This document shows positions 12,186 through 25,100 of a stretch of 64,000 nt of DNA, piece by piece. Each line of letters opens with the position of its first letter. The stretch's first letter is position 1. The DNA lies in assembly GCA_964247055.1 (NCBI GenBank), contig OZ176056.1, forward strand, positions 6,448,001-6,512,000, in the 5' to 3' direction. The position numbers were made by a program, and so were the translations under genes. The DNA comes from Paragordius varius. Its lineage: Eukaryota; Animalia; Nematomorpha. Below the pieces are notes generated by a model. It was not told where the DNA came from. It searched no databases and saw only the letters and a program-made list of their open reading frames with translations.

Positions 12186-15100
12186 TAAGTTAGGAAATTT
12201 GCAACACAGTAGTGTATGGAAAAAGGAACAAAATGTTTGAATAAACAATCTTTTCCTTTCTTTTTTTTCCATACACTATTGTGTTTTGCAAATTGCCCCC
12301 TACTATAGTGTGAATTAAGCAACCATTAAAATGTTTATACTGTAATAACTAATTTATAATAGTTTATAAATAAATATATATTGGTAACATTTATTAAACT
12401 ATTCAATTATTTGTTTTAACCTTTAATTATTTTTGTTTGCAATAAATTAATTAATTGGTTATAACCATTAATGAAAAACATTTCAATAGTTATTAGACTG
12501 CGATTATTTTTGAAGAGGCGCCTAAAACCGATTTTTTTTATATTTTTATATTTATTTCATACATGAATAAAAAGGTCAATATGTTGGACGTTTATAATGA
12601 ATTCAATGACACCGTTTGCCCGAAATATAAAATAACTAAATTTTTGTCACGTGTCGTTAAAAAGAAATATGCTTTTCATCGCTTTAACCCTGAGGATAAT
12701 TATTGCAATGGACCTAAGGATGATGAACAATACAATATTCCACTCTTTTCACCATATTTAGAGGTTAAGTATGATGCTTCATTCCCTACCCTACCCAATC
12801 TTATGCCAAAGAATGAAACGTTTCATAGAGTTTTAGGTATATTAATTTTATAACTTTTTATTATTCTGTTAAAGAAAAAATGAATTTAAATCAACTTTTT
12901 CAAATATTATCTTTCTCGAAACTTTATAGTTATTCTCTTGAAGAAAAAATAAATTTTAATCAACTTTTTCTAAAACAGCCGATTGGTTTAAAAAAGATTT
13001 AAAACTGTGATATATATATATATGTATATATATTATATTTGTTTTTACTGATTAACTAAGTTTAGGTGAGCTGTTATAACAAAAAATATCCATTTTTTAT
13101 CAACATAAGACTATATATTTGCATTATATTTGAATTTAGGTTTAAAATTTTTTTTATTAATGTAACAACTCTTTACATAATATTAAAAAATTGTTTCATA
13201 TTATAGTAAGCTAAACATGGACATATATTTGTTAAATTTTGGTGTTTTATTTTTATGTTTAAGCGGTATTTTCCTGATACCAGGACCTTCAAAATCTTAA
13301 AGTGCATAATATAACAGGAACTAATTGGGATAGCGCTATTTTATCGCAAATATTAGTGAGGTTATTTGCTTTTTTATTGGGTACAATAAGTTTACACAGG
13401 TTTTTATATACATACTTAGGTACAAAAACGAGTTTACTCGAAAGGTTTTTACTTGAGAAAGGAATTAAAGGACCTTGTTGGCTTAAAGTTACTATAGAAC
13501 CAGAAAAGCTATCAACTCAAAACATTGGCAAAGACAGAGAAATTAACATTGAAACAGCCAATAAAGTATCGTGGGCAAGATTGGAATATGAATGCCCCAA
13601 CGCTAATGCACATATATCTGTTTACAACGCTAAATGCAGTTCTTCTGGTAATATACTAATGGCCAAAAAATTATATGAGTTTTAAATGATTATTAATTTA
13701 TATCCAGGTCTGAAATCAAGGTAAAGGGAAATTTTTTTTTAAATCTAAGTCTATATTTATATATGAGTTAGAATTTATTTGAGTCATAAACTTTTATGCC
13801 AGTGTGTCCAACACACGGCCCTCAAAACTATATCTACGGGCCGCAAAAAATTATTTCAAATACAAACTTTTACAAAATCTAAGGCAAAATTATTAACAAA
13901 TTTCCTGATAAATATTTCCGAATTTAGGCGATGAACTTGCAAAAAATGTAGGAATATATAGTTCTTTTTACAGACTTAGGTTGTTTAACTAATTAACATT
14001 TGTTAATGCCCATTTTAAATGCTGCCCGCGAAGCCATTTGTGTTAGACTGGACACTCTAATTGAAGCTAAATAATTTTAGTTATTTTTGATAAATACCAA
14101 GCGTTTTTATCATTGTTTTTATATATTTACCGTTAAAATTTTAGATGGTGAATCAATCAATAATAATCACATTGATTCGGTAAACTTACGCAAAGGTAAT
14201 AATAATAATTTTAATGTAATATATGAAAAAAGTGTACCACTCACAACACTAACCCTGTGGACTGATCACACTTATAATAACACAAATAATTTGCGACAAA
14301 ATTGTAATATAATTGGGGGGATATTTCATAAAAATGTTGATCTTGATGGCCTTCTTACCTCAGTTAGCAGCAATAATATTAATTGTGTAAATAATAACGC
14401 ATCTCTAATCACTAATACAGCGGAAAGGATTGAAGAATGTTTTGTCTTAAGTACACGCAGTTTTATAAACTCTGGTACGCCTGAAAATGTTCAAATTAAT
14501 AAAAAGAAGAAAGATGAAACTTTGCTGAAAAAGTCAACAAATGAAATTCCACAAGCCATATCATGGACTGTGAATGAGGATTGGAGGAATAAGCGTGCAA
14601 TGTACCTGTTAAAAAAGTATGAATTTTTTAGGTTTATTTTAGGCATCTATATGGCGATTTAAATTTTGTTTTTTGCGAGGGTTTTTACACAGAACTATTC
14701 CAAATTATCTTTTTAACCATTAGATTTTTCTCTATATAGTTGATGTGTCATTTTTCCCTGAAATTTTCGCTTTTTTTTGGTAAGTTTTAAACCGTAAGCT
14801 GTGTATAGTAATTAATCGTTTTTTTCGATCATATTTATTTTACCCATCTTATGCCACTTTTCAGAATTTCCCTTGTACCTTTTATTTTATCTCAAATTTT
14901 ATTTCGCTTTCCGCCTGACTTTTTTTAGAAAAGATCCAACTTTACCTGGCCAAATAAGATGCGATGTACTTGCTAACGAACGATCTATGTTATCCATTCT
15001 ATTAACAAAGGTAGTTATTGCATTTTCCATTTTTTCAATTTTTCTTTTTTAATTTTTTGTGTTATAGTTTAATTTTTAACCCATTTTTCCCTTTTAGATT

Positions 15101-18100
15101 CATAAATACGATCCTGACATCTTGATTGGTTATGATTTGATCCAAACCTTGATACCCAATTTGTGTCGAGCTATGTCACAAAATAAACTTACATTGCAAT
15201 GGTCTAAGATCTCGCGGTTGCGTAAAACGCATTTCCCCAAAGTTTATTGTTCTTTATAGATAATTTTAAAAAATCATGTGAAAATTTTTAATTTTTTTTG
15301 AATCGTTTTTACATTTCGAATAATATAAAATTTGAAAGATAAGGTATAAAAAAATATTTTAGTTAATTTTTTTCAAAGCCTCATTTTGAAAGCATAAATT
15401 TTCATTTTTTGTTTAGTCAACATTTTAGATACCAAATTTTATATACCAATTTTTTATTTTATGTATTTAATAACGAGTTGAAAGAAAAATATACATAAAG
15501 CTTGTTAATGATCAAAAATTTTACTTTTATTTATAATTTATATATATTATATGTATATAGCTAAATAATTTGCAAGATAAGATGACAGTTTGCGCTGGTC
15601 GCCTCCTGTGTGACACGCTAAAATCGGCCAAAGAATTAATTAGATGTGATTCCTATGGTTTGAGTGATATCACAAAACAATTGGGTATCCTGTACGATTT
15701 TGAGGATGAAACATTAGTTTGTAAAGTTGAAAATATGTCTACACATTATAACGAATCCAAAATTGGAATTATAAAAGATACGGGAAATGAAAATTATGTA
15801 AGAAATTTAAACGATTTAAGTTCTTTAAGGAAGCATATATAATTAAAAATATTTGTGAAAGAAACACGAATGTCATACTAAAAAATATACCATTTACAGT
15901 TGGAATTCACCCTTGAGCAATTTATTCACCCTAAAATAAATTAAGTATTAATTAAAAATTACATATATTTTTTACATTTTTAAAAAATGAAATTTTGTTT
16001 AAAATTAAAATAATATGGAAAAAATAATAAACTATGCCTTTATGATAAGTTATATTAGCCCAAAAACTCATAATTTTTTAGGGTTAATTTGAATTGATCA
16101 ATGGTGAATTTGAATTGTTCCAGGGTGATGGTTTATTTAAAAAGGGTATTGTCATTAGGTTTCGTTTTAGGGTTAGTATTTTAGGGAAAATCTTACAAAA
16201 ATATTGTCGTTTTCTTAAAAAATGGTGAAAAAATATTATTCTTTGTATTATTTCGTCGAATCATCTTAAATGCATTAATTAATATAATAAATAATTTTTT
16301 TATAATAAAGTTATAATGTGTTGTAATACTAAAATATTGCCTAAATTTGGTCATTTTTTTAGTTTTTTTCAAGGTTTCAGCTTAAAAATGTTCCGTTTTA
16401 AGTTTGAAAAACTCCTTAGATACTTGGTGATATTTTTTGTCTCTATTTGATAGTTTTCAAATCTTAATTTTGCCAGATATCATATCTTTTACAATAAAAG
16501 CACATTTATCGCAATTTAAGCCATTAATATTATTTTATAATGTAAAAACTACCATCTGAACATTTTTGGGAAAAATTGGCAATGTATAAAGGTACTCATT
16601 TACATAAATCTTAAATTTTAGCGAAATACATTGCAGTAAAAGTAGAGTTATTCGGACAAAATGTATAAATAAAAAATTATTTATTTAAAAAAAACGAGTA
16701 TCAACCTTAATATTGAATGTATTGACAATTTAAATTCCTATTATTCCCTATTTGGCAACTAGTTATTCCATTAAAAATTATATTAGTAAAAATCGCAATT
16801 ATAAGGACTTTTTCCCAAAAGACAACCATACTTTTTAAAGATTGATATATTTATAAATTAACTCATTGTTTTGGTTTGTGAGATGGGCGTCCGAAACGTA
16901 AATTAGTAATGCACTCTGTTGTATAATTGTTTATCTAGGAAAAATTAAAGTATTAATAAGGCAAGGCTTGTTTTTATAATTTTTACATTTTGCCACGCTT
17001 AATTTGAATTTTTACCTAAAAATACTAAAATATATATCTAAATAACTATATTTTATCTGTTTCACTGTTAATTGCAATAACACTCTCCTCTATAATAATA
17101 CAAAAACTGTTTCTTTCAGGGCCACATCCTTACCGAAGGTGATTGGATTGGGGTGGCCCGCAATATTTTACACACGGTTTGGGCCACGTGGACCATTTGT
17201 CAACGGTTAGATATTATCCCGCTCACATTTCAACTTACACAATTAACCGGGTGCCCATTCGCTCTTACATTGGGTCGGGGTCGGGCTGAACGAAATGCCT
17301 GGCTGCTTGCTCATGCTTTTTTTGCCCGGGGTTACTTAACCCCCGAAGAATTAACTACTACTAATAATACTTTTGAAAGTTCTGATGATTCTAAAGTCCA
17401 TAAGGATTTATGCTGGGCAGAAAAAATGAAAAAGAATGGTATATATATATATATATATATATATTTATAGAGGTATTAAATCATGATGGTTTTTATCAAA
17501 GGTTAATTAATTACTTTTGATAAAAGTCATTTAGAGCTTTAAAAGAGATTTGAAAATTGAGTAATTGGTATAGTTCAAAGAATAATGAGTGTTAAAAAGA
17601 GTGTGTATAAATATAAATGTGAATTGACCTTGGTTTTATAAAAATATTTTTAACTCTAGTTAGTTGATATATTGATAAACTATAAAAGTTTCATAATTTT
17701 CGTTTCCAGTGTTAGGCTCTATAGAGGATTTTTTATTTGTCAAAGTACACGGTTTTTCAATATATATTAGTCCATATATATACAACAATTTTATTTAATT
17801 CAGTTGTTTAGGGTCCATAGAAAATTTATTTTTTAAGGCATGATTTGCATAACCCATTGATTAATTTATTTTTTTAAATATCTTTTTTTCCCAAACATAT
17901 CCAACCTTTATAAATTTAATGACAATTTTTTTAAAAATTTTTGATATATATTTTTCACGCTTAAGTTTTTATATATTTTTTAGTATTGTATAATTATTCA
18001 ACTATTAATAAATTTGTTTTGTTTGGTATATTTAGTTAAATCATCAAAAGTTTCAAAAGCTGCCAGAAAGTCAAAAAATATTGATGCAAATACCACCAGT

Positions 18101-19073
18101 GATAAAATAATCGAACATAATATCGATGAAACCGAAATAGGTTTATAATTTTCATTTAACAATTTTTTTCATTACATATATTACTTTTAATTTGTTTTTA
18201 TGTTTTTTAAACAACATATTTTTATTTAAAGTCAATTTTAAGGCAAAAATATGTTATTATTGCATTTATTTATTATTTAATCAATTATTTTTAATGTTGC
18301 TTTTAAGGTGGTCGCCATAATGAAAAATTGTTGCGAATGTAAAAATTTGGTTTTTCAACGTTTTAAAAAAGTAAATTTCCTTATTAGACATTTTATTAGA
18401 TGATACAGTAAAAATTGAAATTTTACGGATAAAACGTAAAAATATAAAGACAAAATTTTTTTAAACAAGACAACAACTATACATTATTTAACCTTATTTT
18501 TTTCTTATATAAATTATTTAATTCCGATTGTAAAATATAAGATTGATAACCAATATAAATCTTTCTTTCCAACTTTACAGTTAAAAACACTGTTATATTG
18601 TAAAAAATTGTCTTTAGGAAAAACAATATATGTCTTTATTCCTTACAATTTCAATTTTTACTGTAAATTTCACAAATATGTTAAAAGTAAAAACATTTTA
18701 TTATATTTTATTTTTTATCTTAAAATAGACTATTTTGATGACATAACTTTGGCTGAATTGGAACAAGAAGCTATGAACGAAATTGATTATGAAACAAATT
18801 CCCTCAAAAGAAATGGTTGTTATAAAAAGGTTTCTGGGAATCAAAAATCAGTATTAAACAATAATAATAATAATAATAATAATAAGCATACATCTTATGT
18901 GGGAGGACTTGTTTTTGAACCCAAAGCTGGTAAAAATTTTGAAAGTTCAAAAAGATTAGGTTTTAATTATTTATGATAAATAGCAAAATTGTTTAATAAA
19001 GTACCGCAAGATAAAGCTAATTATACCATGTTTTAAATAATCATTATTTTGACAACAAAATATAAGGTTTTAG

Positions 19074-19104
<31 letters not shown>

Positions 19105-22100
19105 TCGCAACCCATTGATTAAATTTAAAATTTAAAATGATGATTTAAAATTTTATCCTTATAATTAACGTCTTAATAACTTTAACACTAAGTTATTTAA
19201 CTAAGTTACTTTAAAATTCTGTATTTTTCCAAATTAATGTTTATTGATTTTATATACCATTTTTCAGTAAAGGGCAACAATTTTTCCAAACGCAACATTT
19301 TTTTCAGTTGCGTTCGGTCGAAAAAATGTTGATTTTGATTGAAAAATGGTATAAAAAATATCATTAAAACTCTATATTTTACTTTATGATATAATTTAAT
19401 TTATGATAGGTTTTTATGATCGCTTCATATTACTTATGGATTTCAACAGTTTGTATCCATCTATCATACAAGAATATAATGTTTGTTTTACGACATATTT
19501 TCCTGAACTCCTTTTGTCATCAAACAATGGAAATTGCATTGATACTCAACAAAGTTTATACTTTAATCGTTAATTTTATTTATATAAAAAATTAAGTTTG
19601 TAAGGTAAATATATATTTGGAAATACAGTAAAAAAGTGTAGAAACAAGGCAAAAATTGTATGGAGGATTATCTGTAACAAAAAATATTTTCAAATGCTTG
19701 CTTAATTTATTTCTATATACCTATATAATTATTCTATGGATATATGAAAATAAGACTTTTGTGTTAATTTTCATTCCATTCGTAACGCAACGATGGATAA
19801 GAAAACAGGAAAAAATCACGGTTTAAATTATGGTTAGTTTCGCAAAATATATTAATCATATTCGGGGTAAAAATATGCTTTTCCTTTATAAAAATTTACT
19901 CTTTTTATTGATTTGGTCTAATAAACCCCGACGAGCGGTATCCGCAAAATATATGAGCATTGACAAATATTCTTGCTATTATATTACAAACATAAAACTG
20001 TACCAAACGAATTTCGAAAGACGGTTTCAGAAAATTTGCTTACTAATTATTTTTTCGATAGATTTCATAAGATTTTATGTGTGAAATTTCTCCCGGGCCT
20101 GCGGGTTGGACACCCCTGCCTTATATACCATTTACAGTTCAAATTTACCCTTGAACAATTCAATTTAAATTTTCCTTAAAATAAGTTATGTGTTTTTGAT
20201 CTAATATAACTCTTTATTATTATGTATCTTTATTGCATAGTTTATTATTTTTTCGGTATTATCTTAATTTACCAAATTTTTGTTTTTAAAATATATAAAT
20301 ATAGGTAATTTTTCATCTTAAAAAACATATATTATTTAAGGGTGAATTTAAATGTTTGAGCGTTAATTTGGATTGTTTAAGGTTGAATTTGAATTGTAAA
20401 GGTATATATATATTATATACATATTTTTACTGTTTTTATGTTTAGATTTATCTAATGATGCTATAATTCAAAATGAACCATTTCTAATCCATCCTGACCT
20501 TTTGCAACCTGTGAGTGATAACGATATTACGGAACAGGTATTAAATTTTTTTAAAAACTTAACAAATATTTTTAAACATTATGAGTTTTTTATTCTGTAG
20601 AAGGAACATTTTAGATTTATCTATTAAATCAACGATAAAATTTTCGTTCTTTCTTAGATACACTTATATTGTAATTTAAACAATTAATATTTCATAATAA
20701 TATTAATATTTTATCAATTACTTTATTTAGCAAGTATATATATATATATATAGTCGAATATTGGAATTTTACCGAGTGAAATTGGAAAATTAGTTGAACG
20801 CAGAAAACAAGTCAAAAATTTGTTAGCCGGCCTACAAAATTCAAGCTCTTCCAATTCAAATTTGGTAATATGCCATATTTATCTTAAAAAAGATTGAAAC
20901 TGAAACCGTTATTGGTTTTAATAAATAACTCTTTTTGCACAAAATGGACTTGAAATAGTTTTTTCATGGTTTAAAATAAAATTTTTTAATATATGGTCCT
21001 GGTTCCTTATTTTATAGATTTTAAATAGTTTGATTATTTGGATACACGATGTAGTTCAATAGTTAATTAGGTAGAGACCCAAAATTATTGTCTTATTTTT
21101 ATCTAAACAATGTTGAAAGGAAATTAAAAAAACATTTTTTAACACTTGTTTTAAAAATGGTTTCGATTCTTACCTGTTCCATTATTTTATTTACCCATAA
21201 ATATTTCGCGCGTACTGTCAAAGGAATTATTATTTTTCTTATGATTTTTAAGGTGAAAAAACATCAATACGAAATCTTACAAAAGGCGTTAAAGTTAACG
21301 GCAAACAGTATGTATGGGTGTTTAGGATTTGCCGGTTCCAGATTTTATGGGAAACCTCTGGCGGCTTTCATAACACAAAAAGGTATCATTTCTCTAAAAA
21401 TTATGTTTTTGGTGAAAAAAATTAAGAAATAGAGTTATTTCGAAACTTTGTACTGTTAATTTTTTTAAAAAAATGTTAGGGTTAAGGCGTTCAAATAAAA
21501 GCCACAGTGTCAAATTTAATAAACCCTTCCTCCCCCCAACTCAAAAAAATGAAATTGTTAAATATATTATATAATAATATAAAAATCCCAATCAATATGA
21601 TCCTTATATCTGCATTTTTTGAAATATTTTTCCCATATAGGTGACACATCTTAATAATTCGTGCCTGAAATATACTTCATTTTGTTGTTAGTTTCATTAT
21701 TTAAGTAAATTCCCCTCCCTTAGATTTTTGTACTCCACTGGGGGCGTTCCCCTTTTGGGAACTACAGTAGTAGGGTCTGAGAAAAACTAATTGTAATATT
21801 TTAAATCCTATAATCTTAATCTAAAAATTTAATATTTATCTGTTATTTAATTTAAATTTTAGCCGTTAAAATCGAACATAAAAAGTTTTTAAATTTTATT
21901 ATAAAAATATCACTAAAATAGTTTGATATACCACTGTTTTCATAGTAAAAAATTATCCAATGCTTTAATCCTCTATTTTTCCAATAAAATCGAATTTTAA
22001 TATATGTAAAAAAGGACGTGAAATTTTAATGCAAACCCGTGAATTAACGAATTCCTTATCTTTTACCCATTCGGAATTGATTAATGGCCTCCCTTATCCC

Positions 22101-25100
22101 ACAACTAATGTCAATGGAAAAAACTTGCCAAATGAAAATTATACCTATAAACTTGATGTCATATACGGTGATACAGATAGTGTTATGATTGATACTCAAA
22201 TATCAACCAATTTTAATGGCCTCTCGACTTCTGAAATTATAAACCCAAACTCAAATTCAAATCTAATTAAACCACAAAATGGTGAAAGCAATTTAATTCA
22301 ACAACTCGGTTTAGTTATACGTGTTGCTAATCGTATAAAACTTGAAATTAATAAACGATATCGACACCTTTACCTTGAAATTGATGGGGTATTTCGTTGC
22401 CTTTTACTCGTGCGTAAGAAAAAGTATGCCGCCTTAACCGTTAAGAATTGGAAAGATTTTGAATTGTTAGCTAATACTCTCGATTCTCGGAATAAAAAGA
22501 ATATGTACTCAAAAAATGGTAGTATTGTCTTAGAAAAAGAAGTCAAAGGTCTCGATATAGTAAGGCGTGATTGGAGTGTCATTGCCAAAAAGGCTGGGAA
22601 GTGAGTTTCATCTATGAAAAAATTGTTAAAGTTTTCGTAAATTATATTATATATATATTTTAATTCAAGAGCAAATTTTTTGGATAAAAAATATTTTCCA
22701 TCAATAACTTTAAATTAAAAAATATATATCTTCACAACAAGATATTTTGCGATATAACATTGTTAAACAAAATTATACTTTTTAGCGTTCTGACTTTTTA
22801 TTATTTAGCAACGAAATTTTTAAGCAGAAATTAAAAATCGTAAAAAACGATCTTATTTAAATAATAAATTTATAATTTTTATATTATAAAACAAACTTTA
22901 AACATACTTTAAATAATAAAAAATTAGCATTTTGCAGTAAAACTTGGATTATACCGACAAAATAAGCTTTAAAAAAACAAATTGGTTGAAAAGCATGGCT
23001 TTAAAAAAATATATTTATCTATATGGTTTTAAATTTTTGTCCGTATAATTTTTACTTTATTTATATATAAATAAATCAATCTTATTTTCATTAATATGAT
23101 AAATAAATCAATCTTATTTTCATTAATATGATTAGTTATGTTTTGGATCAAATCCTTTCTGATCGCAATAAAGATGACATAACGCAAAATATTATAGAGT
23201 ATCTCACGCAACTTGGTTTAGATATTCAAGAAAATAAAATACCCCTGGCAGATTTTATCATTCTTAAAGTATATATATATATATTGAATAATGCAGAAAA
23301 TACATGATGTATTGTCAATTATCTTTTATAAGTAGAAACATATTTTATAATTTTTACATATTCCCCCCATATAATATGTATAAACAAAGAGTAATCCGAT
23401 TTAATTAACACTTCGATTCAAATTGGGGTATCTAAATACCCCAGACTAAATTTAAATTAATATTTTTAAAAAACTACTGAAGGAAACGGTCCCAATTTAA
23501 ATTTATTCTTTTATCCTGATAAATATTATATAAATATGCCAAAACATCTTGATAAATTTTTGTTTTGAAAAAAAAGCTCCATCTCAAACTTCGACGCCAT
23601 TTTTATACAAAATTTTTGCAAAATATCGTCTTTATTTAATTTTAAGGGTAAAACTAAAGCTAATTTTTTATATAAATTACATCTAACACTGATAGAAATA
23701 GAAAAAGCGGTTTAGTTTGTATAATTTTTCAATTTTACGATTTGACACATGTCACGTTGACGAAATTTTTACCTTTCGGTTCTAGCTTAAAATAAGTAAT
23801 ATAAAGTATTTTTGAATAAAATTTTTTATATATTTCGGTTTATTAATATTAGATAAGTGCAAAATTTTGCCATGGTTTCGATTCCTTATATTTTTTTATA
23901 AGAATTTAATGTTAAACAGGCCCGAGGTATTCAATTACCCCAATTTGAATCGAAAGACTAAAATGAGTGTGTTGTATCCAAGTGTTAACATAGATGAGTT
24001 TAATTTATATATATTTGTAGCATGCAATTTTATTATTTAATTTAAGTAAATAATTAAGGTATAAAACCTACAAGCTTATATTTTATTGTATTGTTTGTTT
24101 TGTTCTATTAGCAACTCAATAAACATCCAGAAGATTATCCTGATGCCAAAAGTTTACCCCATGTTCAAGTTGCCCTTAGATTGAATGCGGCCCGCAAAAA
24201 TGGTGACAAATTATTTCGACAAGGCGAAACAGTACCTTATGTTATATGTACTGTAACACAAGACTCTATGATAAATCTGACAACAGGAAATGAGGTTTTT
24301 ATTTAATGTTATTAGATATCCAGCAAAGCTTAAAATAAAGACAAATATTTTTTAAAAAAGACTTATCATTGATAAAATACAACTCACATCATGGAAAGAT
24401 GGTTGTAAATTGCGATTATTTAGTTAAACATTGTAATAAAAATCAAGGTTTAAAAACGTACGTATCTTAATATAATATTAGTGTTTAATTATTTATGTTT
24501 TTTAGCATTTCAATCTTTGTGTGTATACTAATCGGTTTGACCGCTTTAATACAGTTATAAATAGTTCATTGTCAAAGTTATTCCAAAAGGAACGCCTCTT
24601 CCGTTATTAGAGATTAGGTTTAATATTAATTACACTATAAAAAGGCAATTTAAATTAGTTCATGCAGGAATTTAGTTTCCCAATATAACATATATATACT
24701 TGATCTTATTAATTGACATGATTGTGACTGACTACATTTTTGAGGAATGCGGTAATACCTGTTATATTTTCCCAAAATACATATTCCAAATGAAGAGTAA
24801 ATTTATAAATGATTAAAACAAATAATAAAACAAGTTATTTTAACCATATCATACAACTATAATTTTTACAATTGTTAATAACAATAGTGTTTTGCTTTAC
24901 CAATTTACATCTCTTATCTTTATTTGGCAATCAAAAACTATTGGTTTACAATAATTCCAAGATTAAAAATTAGGCCTATCTTCGGAAAAAATATATCAGG
25001 TATTTACTAAACTCTTTATAATTATTTATAATGTAAACATAATTTCGCAATCATAATCTTATATATATTCTTTTTTCCAATAAAAGGGACAACCTACGAT

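Noticed and set aside
12134-12322. ORFs with YIYIYI runs (12134, 55898)
   Set aside because: Translations of (TA)n microsatellites and MITEs.
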